The position numbers and the translations under genes were made by a program. Source: a bacterium (GTDB lineage Bacteria > Acidobacteriota > Thermoanaerobaculia > Multivoradales > J023). From it: a stretch of 64,000 nt of DNA. Every line of letters begins with the position of its first letter. Position 1 is the first letter of the stretch. Location: assembly GCA_024226315.1 (NCBI GenBank), contig JAAELT010000577.1:12032-76031 (forward strand), given 5' to 3'. The notes beneath the pieces are model-generated. The model did not search any database, was not told the origin of the DNA, and saw only the letters and a list, made by a program, of their open reading frames with translations. Below are positions 34,647 through 43,083 of the stretch, piece by piece.

Positions 34647-34977
34647 CAGGTTCGACTCGCACCAGGCAAGGCAGCAAACGGTGACCATGCCCCATGGTCT
34701 CGATGAAGGCCGGCCGTGCCGGGTCGTCACCCAGGCCGGCCCGGATCTGTGAGATGCAGCGCTGAACCGCCGCGTCGACCACGTGCGGCGTTCCCCAGAC
34801 CTCCGATTTGAGCTCGTCGTTGGGGACCACCGTTCCCCGATGCCGCGCCAGATAGCACAACACATCCATGGCGCGCGGCTCGAGCCGCACGTCACGGCGG
34901 CCATCGTTGACCAGGAACTCGGAGGGGTGGACGCTCCAGGAACCAATTCCTGAATCCGAAGGCCTCGTTTTTCTCAT
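34585..34977 (-). CDS. small winged-helix transcriptional regulator (OmpR/CadC-type trans_reg_C DNA-binding domain only)
   Basis: VRLEPRAMDVLCYLARHRGTVVPNDELKSEVWGTPHVVDAAVQRCISQIRAGLGDDPARPAFIETMGHGHRL matches the trans_reg_C consensus. No receiver domain. The 3' end overlaps the convergent M14 gene by about 60 bp, so the C-terminal extent is uncertain. Confidence 0.5.
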   Translation of the reverse strand: MRKTRPSDSGIGSWSVHPSEFLVNDGRRDVRLEPRAMDVLCYLARHRGTVVPNDELKSEVWGTPHVVDAAVQRCISQIRAGLGDDPARPAFIETMGHGHRLLPCLVRVEPVRADQRGPTLVFAPCSTALA

Positions 34978-35045
34978 CTGATAGGGAATTCGTACGAGAG
35001 CCAGTTCCGGATTCCTTGATCCAGGATTGCTATCCGGCCGCGCCG

Positions 35046-35274
35046 AACCGGGGGCGCTCGGGGTTGGGCTTGAGGCGGCCGAGCTCGATGCCGGTGTAGT
35101 AGTGGGCGAGGATGGAGCGGTAGCCGGCGCCGCGGACCGCCATGCCGAAGGCGCCGGCCTGGCACATGCCGACGCCATGGCCCCAGCCCTTGCCGCGGAA
35201 CACCCAGCCGGGCTCGCCGCCTCCGCCATTGGACGGCTGGGCCCAGAAGAGGGTGTCCCAGACGTCGAGGGTCC
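35046..35274 (-). repeat. diverged partial copy (about 230 bp, roughly 90% identity) of the 3' end of the SpoIID gene (original 36368..36596); in-frame translation ...[80 protein letters not shown]
   Basis: Direct alignment of 35046-35274 with 36368-36596. Substitutions are mostly synonymous or conservative (ASYRAILGHYY vs [11 protein letters not shown]). No upstream gene body. Confidence 0.75.
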
Positions 35275-35361
35275 TGGAAACCACCGTGCCCCGTTCCCGG
35301 ATTACCCTCATCAGGCGGAGTTCGATGTCGGCGGAGTGATCATCGACGCAAACTTGGGTGG

Positions 35362-35841
35362 TTACAGAATCTCTTCGAGCTTCGTGACGGGCGCGCGGTA
35401 GCCCTGAACGATCATGACGTCGAGCAGCTGGTTGCCCTCCTTCAGCGACAGCACACCGTTCTTGACGCATAGACCGAGGATGCCAACAGTGCCGGTGGTC
35501 GAGAGCCCCAATCTGCTCGCTGCCTTGCGAGCATCAAGGTCGTCAGTCACGATCACTTTGCCACGATGATGGGCGATCGCCAGGCAGCTTTTCTCGCCGG
35601 CTCCGAGCGAAGGTGGTAGCTCTTCAGCTGTCTTGTTCTCTTCGTCAGTAAGCTCGACGACAGTGAGGTCGTTCCAGGCCTCGGCAGGGACGCGGCCGCG
35701 TTCGACGCCGGCACGGTACTCACCTATCACGACCGCGGTGGTGCAGGCCGCATCGCCCCAGAGCCTGACGACCAGGTCTGGCCTACCGACCTTGGCGAGA
35801 TTCGACAACACGGTGTTGTCGAGGACGACCGACTGCGCCAC
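35362..35841 (-). CDS. PIN-like toxin (COG2405/DUF3368-type predicted nucleic-acid-binding PIN protein)
   Basis: N-terminus [25 protein letters not shown] conserved acidic position lies in [12 protein letters not shown]. Architecture and size are typical. Its start is 3 bp after the upstream antitoxin stop. Confidence 0.65.
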   Translation of the reverse strand: MAQSVVLDNTVLSNLAKVGRPDLVVRLWGDAACTTAVVIGEYRAGVERGRVPAEAWNDLTVVELTDEENKTAEELPPSLGAGEKSCLAIAHHRGKVIVTDDLDARKAASRLGLSTTGTVGILGLCVKNGVLSLKEGNQLLDVMIVQGYRAPVTKLEEIL

Positions 35842-35843
35842 CG

Positions 35844-36278
35844 TCAGGAGAGAGTCGACTCCGCGATGAGGAGATCCTGCTTTGCGCCCTCACGATCGAT
35901 CGGAGCGTCGCGAAGGGGTAGGCCGAGACGCGAGAAGCGACCCCGCAGATCCAGCCAGGAGGTCCCCAGGACTTCTGCGGCTCGGGAGAGGCTGATGGCG
36001 CCGGACAGATAGTAGGCGAGGGCCGTTTCGGTTCGCGCCGTACCCGATAGACCGAGCAGCTTCGAGCCCTCCAGCCCCTGGCCCCGGTCGATCTGTGGGC
36101 GGTTGACGTAGTAGCAGATGACCGCCTTCAGGATCTCGAGATCGACAGGGTCGACGATGACGGCCTGGGGCTGACCGTGCTCTTCCACAACGATAGTTTC
36201 GCCTTGGCGAACGGCTCGGAGCACCCGGCCGGGGTCGCCGGCCAGCTCGTCTCGTCGGATGTGTCTGGCGGTTTTCAT
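35844..36278 (-). CDS. antitoxin: Phd/YefM-like N-terminus fused to UPF0175-type HTH C-terminus
   Basis: N-terminus MKTARHIRRDELAGDPGRVLRAVRQGETIVVEEHGQPQAVIV is Phd-like. C-terminus ALAYYLSGAISLSRAAEVLGTSWLDLRGRFSRLGLP is the UPF0175 motif. The upstream part of ORF-track entry 35844..36500 is out-of-frame read-through of the repeat. Confidence 0.6.
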   Translation of the reverse strand: MKTARHIRRDELAGDPGRVLRAVRQGETIVVEEHGQPQAVIVDPVDLEILKAVICYYVNRPQIDRGQGLEGSKLLGLSGTARTETALAYYLSGAISLSRAAEVLGTSWLDLRGRFSRLGLPLRDAPIDREGAKQDLLIAESTLS

Positions 36279-36351
36279 GGTCGTTCCTACCTGGAACGAG
36301 TGTAGCACCAGGTGGTCGGGGACCCTCAGGAGGGGACGAATCGCGTCGTCG

Positions 36352-38595
36352 CTAGCCGGTCTCGCCAAACCGGGGGCGCTCAGGGTTGGGCTTGAGGCGG
36401 CCGAGCTCGATGCCGGTGTAGTAGTGGCCGAGGATGGCTCGGTAGCTGGCGCCGCGGACGGCCATGCCGAAGGCGCCGGCCTGGCACATGCCGACGCCAT
36501 GCCCCCAGCCCTTGCCGCGGAACACCCAGCCGGGCTCGCCGCCTCCGCCGTTTGAGGGCTGCGCCCAGAAGAGGTTGTCCCAGACGTCGAGGGTCCAGCG
36601 CACCGCGAGGCCCTCGACCTCCAGACTCTCTCCGCCGGTGCCGAGGAGGCGCAGCTTGCCGACGCGGCCGGAGACGCCGCGCGCGACGACTTCGAAGCCC
36701 TCGAAGGGAAAGCCCGGGTACCGCGCCTGGACCGCGGAGCGCAGCTTGCGGGCGGAGATGAAGCGTGACCAGGTCTGCTTCGACACCTTGCCTGCCAGGC
36801 GCACCGGAGACGCCTCGACCGGCTGCACCAGGGCGATCAGATCGCCGCGGTGGCGGTAGAGGTCGAGCCGGTCGCCGGCCATGAGCTCCAGCTGACCGGC
36901 GCTCAAGCTGTCGCCGCGGCGCCTGAAGGTGGCGAAGTCGCTCGTCAGGTCGTAGGCGTGGCGGCCGGCCCGGTCCTTGACTTCCAGGCGGCCCTGGACC
37001 AGCCGCAAATAGCTGGTCCGCTGGCGCTCCACCACGCCCAGATAGGAGGCGAGCCGGAACAGCAGCTCTTCGACCTCGCCGTCGCCGGCCGCCTCCTCGC
37101 CGGTCCCGGCGAGCCACGAGCTGGAGACCAGGTAGGCGGCGAGCTCGCGCTCGCGTCCGCGCCAGTCGGCGGGAGGCTCTTCGAGCATCGTCTCGAGCTC
37201 CGCGCGAGTCGACCGCAGACGCCGGTCGAGAGCCAGGTCGTAGACCGAGGTGGCGAAGCGCAGGACCTCCTTGCGGCGCATCGAGCGCAAGCGGTCTTTC
37301 GGCACCGGCAGGTGGGCGAGCAGTGCCAGCTGTTCCATGCGCGCGGCCAGGCTCCGATGCCTCTTGCCGGCAGCGGGCGGCAGCAGGCGGCGGGTGAGGC
37401 CGGCGGGGAACGGGGTGCCCACGGCGGCACCGCCCTGCAGCCGACCGGCGCCGGACTCCAGGCACGGGACGCCCCGCAGGTAGGGGCCGGTCTTGAGCGG
37501 AAAGATCACCTCGACGTTCTCGGTGTGGCCGCCGCAGGTGGCGCCGTAGAAGGTCTCGGCCGGTTGGCCCTCGAACAACACCACCTGGCCGGCGGTCTCG
37601 GCGACCGCCCGGTCGGAGACCGGGTGCTCGACGGCCATGCCGCCGTAGACCTGGCAACGCGGGGTCGAGCAGATATCGTAGCCCTCGGCCTTGAACTCGT
37701 CCAGGCTGCGCACCGTGTAGGTTCGCGCCGCCACTGCCTGCGCCTTGAGCGCCTCCAGCCGGTCGAACAGCTCGGGGCCCATCTCCTTGGGCACCACGCC
37801 ACGAAGGTAATCCTCTAGCTCGATCTCGTTGATGATGTTGAGGTTGCCGCGCTCGTTCAGGAAGATCAGCAGCCGGCCTCGATAGCGCACGCCGTCGTAG
37901 GGAATGCCGACGCCTGCCGGCGCGGAGATCTCGAGCCAGCGGCCGGGGACGTCACGGCGCTCGCCGCCGAGGACGATCTCGAACGCCGGGTCTCGCAGGT
38001 CGCCGCCCTCGCTGGCGATCCAGCCCTTCTCCAGGCCGAGGCTCTGGAGGCGCCCCTGACCGGCTTCGGCCTCCTCGCGGGTGGCGAAGCGTCCGACGCG
38101 CACGCGGTAGAGATCGGTGCCGGCGTCGAAGACGGCATCGGCCGGCTGGCCGGTGGTGGCGGCGAGTCGCTCGGCGAGACCGATGGCCTGGCGCTCGTCC
38201 TTGAGTGCCGCCACCTGCAGGCGGTAGACGGCGCGCTCGGCCAGGGTGCCGGCGGGAGAGACGCTGGCGGTCTGCGAAAGCGGGAGCATCTCGCCGCCGG
38301 CGTCGAGCTCGAGCCTGGCGTCGCAGCACGGCAGGTCCACGGACCTGAGGTCGGTGGCCAGGCCGACGCGCACGACCAGCGGGCCGGTGGGGACGGGCGG
38401 TGGCGGCGGCGGCGGTGGCGGCACCCGGCGCGGTGGCGCCTCGCGGCGTGGTGGCGGCGGTGGCGGCGTGATCCGCTCCTCCGGCGGGCGCGGCTCGGGT
38501 TTCGAGACCGGCCTGGCGCCGGGGCGGCAGGAGACCAGCGCGATCGCGAATCCCAGAGCGAGACCCAGCGAACAGATCAGCGTACGGCGAGGCAT
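36352..38595 (-). CDS. SpoIID/LytB-domain cell-wall protein with SPOR domain and N-terminal Pro-rich linker (lipoprotein-like signal LVSC)
   Basis: SPOR: YRLQVAALKDERQAIGLAERLAATTGQPADAVFDAGTDLYRVRVGRFATREEAEAG. SpoIID: LEALKAQAVAARTYTV...[40 protein letters not shown] tract. Confidence 0.8.
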   Translation of the reverse strand: MPRRTLICSLGLALGFAIALVSCRPGARPVSKPEPRPPEERITPPPPPPRREAPPRRVPPPPPPPPPVPTGPLVVRVGLATDLRSVDLPCCDARLELDAGGEMLPLSQTASVSPAGTLAERAVYRLQVAALKDERQAIGLAERLAATTGQPADAVFDAGTDLYRVRVGRFATREEAEAGQGRLQSLGLEKGWIASEGGDLRDPAFEIVLGGERRDVPGRWLEISAPAGVGIPYDGVRYRGRLLIFLNERGNLNIINEIELEDYLRGVVPKEMGPELFDRLEALKAQAVAARTYTVRSLDEFKAEGYDICSTPRCQVYGGMAVEHPVSDRAVAETAGQVVLFEGQPAETFYGATCGGHTENVEVIFPLKTGPYLRGVPCLESGAGRLQGGAAVGTPFPAGLTRRLLPPAAGKRHRSLAARMEQLALLAHLPVPKDRLRSMRRKEVLRFATSVYDLALDRRLRSTRAELETMLEEPPADWRGRERELAAYLVSSSWLAGTGEEAAGDGEVEELLFRLASYLGVVERQRTSYLRLVQGRLEVKDRAGRHAYDLTSDFATFRRRGDSLSAGQLELMAGDRLDLYRHRGDLIALVQPVEASPVRLAGKVSKQTWSRFISARKLRSAVQARYPGFPFEGFEVVARGVSGRVGKLRLLGTGGESLEVEGLAVRWTLDVWDNLFWAQPSNGGGGEPGWVFRGKGWGHGVGMCQAGAFGMAVRGASYRAILGHYYTGIELGRLKPNPERPRFGETG

Positions 38596-38607
38596 CTGGC
38601 TCTTGAG

Positions 38608-39549
38608 TTAGTCGGCGGACCGCCTGTGCCAGATGTCGTGTTGCCCCACCTTGACCTCCCTCCGGAAATCCCAATCCGGGAACCTGATCGGAAGCGCCAT
38701 TTCATAGAGGCGGCTCACCAGTTGCGCCGAGATCTTTTTCCGGAGATTGCCGTAGGGATTAACTGGGCGCTTCTGCTCGAAGGCCTGCGCCTCGCCCGAC
38801 TCGCGTCGACCGATCTCCTGCGCCGCGTGAGCGTCGCTGTTCAGTCGGGACATGTGTTTCGCTTTGATCGCGGCCAGTTTCTGGCTCTCTCCCGGGAGAT
38901 CCAGCCGGTAATTGGTAGTGAAAATCGTAGGAAGGCGGCGCAGGTAGCGGGTGTTCATGATCAGGTAGAGCGTGTCCATCACGAATTCGGTCGGTTTCTG
39001 GGCTCCCAGCTCGTCCAAAACGAGAACCTCGGCCGACATGATCGGATCCAGGATCTGGTGCTTCGATTCGGCCGAGCTGGGGTCGAACGTCGACTGGATC
39101 TGCTGGATCAACGCTGTGAAATCGACGAAGCGTCCTCGGACTCGATAGCGATCGATAAGTTCGGCCAGCACCGCCACTGCTAGATGAGTCTTGCCGGTGC
39201 CAGGGTTGCCGATGTAGATCAGCCCCGTTTCTATGGTGCGGTTCTCGATCGGATCGAAGAAATTGTCGACGTAGCGTTTGCTGGTCGATAGCGCCCTCTG
39301 AAGGAGATTGTGGACGTGAGGGTCAACGTTGGCGGACTTGAAGTTACCAAGCCGGCAGTGCTGGTAGCGTGCCGGGATTCTGGCTTTCGATCGATACTCG
39401 TGGGGCCGGTCGCGCTTGGTGCAGTCACAGGGCACGGCGGCGCCGGCACCGCCGTCGGCGGTCACTTTCCAGCCGCGACCGTGGCAGTCGGGACAGATGT
39501 TGGGATCCGGCTCGACGATCTGTGCCTCGGAGGGCACGAACTGCTTCAT
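38608..39549 (-). CDS. DnaC/IstB-family AAA+ ATPase (putative helicase loader) with N-terminal zinc ribbon
   Basis: CPDCHGRGWKV...CDCTK Zn ribbon. IPARYQHCRLGNF. Walker A GNPGTGKTHLAVAV. Walker B VLVLDELG. Sensor IFTTNY. Confidence 0.65.
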   Translation of the reverse strand: MKQFVPSEAQIVEPDPNICPDCHGRGWKVTADGGAGAAVPCDCTKRDRPHEYRSKARIPARYQHCRLGNFKSANVDPHVHNLLQRALSTSKRYVDNFFDPIENRTIETGLIYIGNPGTGKTHLAVAVLAELIDRYRVRGRFVDFTALIQQIQSTFDPSSAESKHQILDPIMSAEVLVLDELGAQKPTEFVMDTLYLIMNTRYLRRLPTIFTTNYRLDLPGESQKLAAIKAKHMSRLNSDAHAAQEIGRRESGEAQAFEQKRPVNPYGNLRKKISAQLVSRLYEMALPIRFPDWDFRREVKVGQHDIWHRRSAD

Positions 39550-39598
39550 GAATGGATGCTAACAGACCGGGTGGTCGGTGAGCGGACACCTTCGCGCG

Positions 39599-40981
39599 TC
39601 AGACCACGCCGTAGGCCAGCATGGCGTCGGCCACCTTGATGAAGCCGGCAATGTTGGCGCCCTTGACGTAGTTCACGTAGCCGTTGTCGTCGCGGCCCCA
39701 TTCGACGCAGCGATCGTGGATTCTGCGCATGATCTGACGCAGCCTCTCGTCCACCTCCTCGCGTTCCCAGGAGATGCGCAGGGCGTTCTGGCTCTGCTCC
39801 AGGCCGGAGACCGCCACGCCGCCGGCGTTGGCGGCCTTGGCCGGACCGTAGAGCACCTTGGCATCCACCAGTGCCTGCACCGCTTTCAGCGTGCTCGGCA
39901 TGTTGGCGCCCTCGACCACGCCGATCACGTTGTTGCCGATCAGCGTCTTGGCATCGTCACCGTCGAGCTCGTTCTGGGTGGCGCAGGGGAAGGCGAGGTC
40001 GACCGGCACCCCCCACGGGCGCTGGTCGGGGAAGTACTCGGCGGAGGCGAACTGCTCGGCGTATTCGTGAATCCGCCCGCGGCGGTTCTCTTTGAGGTCG
40101 ATCAGCCAGGCAAGCTTCTCCTGATCGATGCCGTCTGGATCGTGGACGAAGCCGCCGGAATCAGAAGCGGTCACTACCTTGGCACCGCGCTGCAGGAGCT
40201 TTTCGGCGGTATAGAGAGCGACGTTACCGGCGCCCGAAACCGAGCATACTTTGCCCTCGATCCCCTCGCCCTTGCGCTCGAGCATGTTCTCGGCGAAGTA
40301 CACGTTGCCGTAGCCGGTGGCTTCCTTGCGGATCAGGCTGCCGCCGAAGGACAGTCCTTTGCCGGTGAGGATGCCGGCGAAGCGGTTCTGCATCCGCTTG
40401 TACTGGCCGAACATGTAGCTGATCTCGCGGGCTCCGACGCCGATATCGCCGGCCGGCACGTCGGTGTCTTCGCCGATGTGCCGGTGCAGCTCGATCATCA
40501 GAGAGTGACAGAAACGCATCACCTCGCGGTCGGTCTTGCCCTTGGGATTGAAGTTCGACCCGCCCTTGCCGCCGCCCAGCGGCAGCCCGGTGAGGCTGTT
40601 CTTGAACACCTGCTCGAAGCCCAGGAACTTGAGGACGCTCAAGGTCACCGACGGGTGGAATCGCATGCCGCCCTTGTACGGGCCGATCGAGTTGTTGAAC
40701 TGCACCCGCCATGCACGGTTGGCGCGGACAGTGCCCGAGTCGTCCTCCCAGGTCACCCGGAAGATCACGATCCGGTCGGGCTCCGTCATCCGTTCGAGGA
40801 TCTGCGCGTCCCGGTATTCCTGGTGATCCCACACGAAGGGCATGAGGTACTCGACCACCTCCTGCACCGCCTGTTGGAACTCCATCTCGTACGGATTGCG
40901 CTTCTTCAGCCCGCGCATGAACCGCCGGATTTCGGTCTCGATCGGGTCGGTCGACTTGGATGCTTTGACGGCGACGCTCAT
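39599..40981 (-). CDS. gdhA: NADP-specific glutamate dehydrogenase
   Basis: KGGMRFHPSVTLSVLKFLGFEQVFKNSLTGLPLGGGKGG (GDH active-site block). GAGNVALYTAEKL NAD(P)-binding. Start at MSVAVK with a GAGGAG RBS. The longer ORF-track start is unlikely. Confidence 0.85.
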   Translation of the reverse strand: MSVAVKASKSTDPIETEIRRFMRGLKKRNPYEMEFQQAVQEVVEYLMPFVWDHQEYRDAQILERMTEPDRIVIFRVTWEDDSGTVRANRAWRVQFNNSIGPYKGGMRFHPSVTLSVLKFLGFEQVFKNSLTGLPLGGGKGGSNFNPKGKTDREVMRFCHSLMIELHRHIGEDTDVPAGDIGVGAREISYMFGQYKRMQNRFAGILTGKGLSFGGSLIRKEATGYGNVYFAENMLERKGEGIEGKVCSVSGAGNVALYTAEKLLQRGAKVVTASDSGGFVHDPDGIDQEKLAWLIDLKENRRGRIHEYAEQFASAEYFPDQRPWGVPVDLAFPCATQNELDGDDAKTLIGNNVIGVVEGANMPSTLKAVQALVDAKVLYGPAKAANAGGVAVSGLEQSQNALRISWEREEVDERLRQIMRRIHDRCVEWGRDDNGYVNYVKGANIAGFIKVADAMLAYGVV

Positions 40982-41331
40982 GGCCATCTCCTCGTGATGG
41001 TGAACGGTGACGTGCGTGAGCGGGCGACCGTGGCGCGAGCGCACGGCGCGAAGCTGTGGAGGGTTGAAACCACGCTGTCCATGATGGCGGCCTCTGGTGT
41101 TGACCAGCTGATATGGAGCGACCCTGAGTTTGGGGAGAACCCTTTGGAGTTCGAGCTAGCGGGGGGAGCCTGCGTGAGCGGGTCCCTGCCGGTGTGTTGC
41201 TGTCGAGGAGCGCCGCGCCTTGAGGTTTGCTTGTGCCTTCAGGAGGTAGGGAGTGTCACACGACGTAGGCTGCACAGATTATAGGGCAGTTAGATTACGA
41301 TTCACATTACGAAAACAGGTTGTGGGCCGAG

Positions 41332-41934
41332 CTAGGTGTGTTTGACGTAGGTGTCCCACAGCTCGCCTAGGAAGAACTGGCCGAACTTGGTGACGGTCTT
41401 GGCCTGCTCCGTCTTGGATTCGGTGCCGGTGACGCGCAGGGCCCTGACCAGTTCGATGATGCCTTTGACGCCGATGCGCAGCACGCCGGCGCCGATCACT
41501 GGACCGGACTTGTCGGTGCCCTCGTGGAGCTGGGTGAAGAGGGTGGTGGTGTCGCGCCACAGGTCGAGCCCGCCGTCGTCGCTCACCTCTTTCTTCCCCG
41601 CTACGTAGTAGGGCTTGCCGTCGTGCTCGATGGCCAGCTCGTAGACCATCAGCTTGAGATTGGAGTCCTCGGGGTAGAAAAGGCTGAAGGCGCCGGGGCC
41701 GGTGCCGTGCATGCCCTCGCCGAAAGGCGTCAAGTCGATACTGCCGGCGATCGAGCCCTGGTGTCCAGGCTCGGAGGTGAAACGATCGAGGTCGTCGATG
41801 ATGACCGTGGCGTGCATGGCCATTTCGCTGCCGATCTGCTCGCCTTTCTTCTTGCCGGCCTTGGGGTCGGTCTCGCCCAGGGCGAAGCCGCCGGCCATGG
41901 TCTCGCTGAAGGTGATGCCTGGATTCTCGCTCAT
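41332..41934 (-). CDS. hypothetical protein (200 aa)
   Basis: Good coding bias. Divergent from the SGNH hydrolase gene across a lower-GC promoter region. No family recognised. Confidence 0.5.
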   Translation of the reverse strand: MSENPGITFSETMAGGFALGETDPKAGKKKGEQIGSEMAMHATVIIDDLDRFTSEPGHQGSIAGSIDLTPFGEGMHGTGPGAFSLFYPEDSNLKLMVYELAIEHDGKPYYVAGKKEVSDDGGLDLWRDTTTLFTQLHEGTDKSGPVIGAGVLRIGVKGIIELVRALRVTGTESKTEQAKTVTKFGQFFLGELWDTYVKHT

Positions 41935-42060
41935 CTCCGTCGCCTCCGGTTCCTCTGGCAGTGCCGACCGTTGCCCAGAGTGTGTTCAGATGTGAAGACT
42001 TCGTTCCGATACTGTATTACATCGCGCCGTAGACCACTCACAGACGAATTCACTTGCCCG

Positions 42061-43083
42061 ATGATCTCCGAGAAATCCACCCATGCCTCGTTCTTCGGTC
42101 GGCTGCGTGCCGTCGCGGTCAACCTGTCGCTGGTCGTCTTGAGCCTCGTGGTCTTCGCCGCGGTGGTCGAGATCGCCCTGCGCTTGAGCGGTTTCTCGTT
42201 CGTGCTCTATCCGGAGGAGATCGAGTTCGGCAAGCCTGATCCGGTGCTGCTCGAGATCGGTTTCCTTGAAGACCAGGATCTCTTCTGGGTGACCAAGGGA
42301 TATCCGGAGAAGCTCGAAGGCTTGCGCGTCTCCCGGCCGGCGCTGCTGTTCATGGGCGACTCCTGCACCCACCTCGGTCACTACGACGAGGAGCTCGAGC
42401 GTCTGGTGACGGCACGGCGGGGCCTCAGCCTGCGCGCCGGCAATCTCGGTGTGGCGGGCTGGTCGTCGTATCAAGGCCGCCGCCAACTGGAGCGCGACGT
42501 GCTGCCGCTCGAACCCGCGGTGGTGACGATCTACTACGGCTGGAACGACCACTGGATCGGTTTCGGCATCGAGGACAAGAACGTTGCCCTGATCAAGCGG
42601 GTGTTCTCCGGCCCCTGGAGCGGTCTACGGCTTGTTCAGCTCGCCACCAAGGCGACGGTAGCTATCGGCACCCGCGAGACGGCTTATCCCAACCGTGTGT
42701 CGCGTCCTGATTTCGAGGACAACCTGCGCGCTATGGCGAACACGGCACGCGACGCCGGCATCAGGCCGGTGCTGGTGACGGCGGCGACCTCGCACACCCC
42801 CGGCCAGGAACCCGAGCACTTCGGCCAGCGTTGGCTGCGCGACGTCTCGGAGCTGGTGCCGTTGCACCGCGGCTACGTCGACGCGGTGCGTAGGGTGGCC
42901 GCCGAGGAAGACGCGATCCTGTGTGACGCGGCCGCTCGCTTCGACGCCTTGCCGCGGGAGGAGATAGAGAGCTCGTTCATGAAGGACGGTATCCATCTCA
43001 CCACCGAGGGCGATCGCAGGCTGGCGGAGATGCTCTACGACTGTCTGGAGCGCGAGGGGTTGCTGGAGTTGGTCAGTCAGTGA
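42061..43083 (+). CDS. membrane-anchored SGNH/GDSL-family hydrolase
   Basis: N-terminal TM VAVNLSLVVLSLVVFAAVV. Block I LLFMGDSCTH. Block III YGWNDH. Block V DGIHLT. True start ATG at 42061. The ORF-track entry starts further upstream, out of frame. Confidence 0.7.
   Translation: MISEKSTHASFFGRLRAVAVNLSLVVLSLVVFAAVVEIALRLSGFSFVLYPEEIEFGKPDPVLLEIGFLEDQDLFWVTKGYPEKLEGLRVSRPALLFMGDSCTHLGHYDEELERLVTARRGLSLRAGNLGVAGWSSYQGRRQLERDVLPLEPAVVTIYYGWNDHWIGFGIEDKNVALIKRVFSGPWSGLRLVQLATKATVAIGTRETAYPNRVSRPDFEDNLRAMANTARDAGIRPVLVTAATSHTPGQEPEHFGQRWLRDVSELVPLHRGYVDAVRRVAAEEDAILCDAAARFDALPREEIESSFMKDGIHLTTEGDRRLAEMLYDCLEREGLLELVSQ

Noticed and set aside
34585-35229. Long N-terminal extension of the winged-helix regulator ORF (Ala/Ser/Pro-rich)
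   Set aside because: The extension is the out-of-frame translation of the SpoIID-tail copy. The same nonsense peptide appears in ORF 35844..36500. The regulator most likely starts at MRKTRP (34977).
36352-38595. Poly-proline tract (P5-P10 runs) near the N-terminus of the SpoIID/SPOR protein as a separate feature
   Set aside because: Typical flexible linker between lipid anchor and periplasmic domains. Not independently interesting.
39578-41284. 568-aa plus-strand ORF across gdhA
   Set aside because: Antisense to a glutamate dehydrogenase with a canonical active-site block. No motifs of its own.
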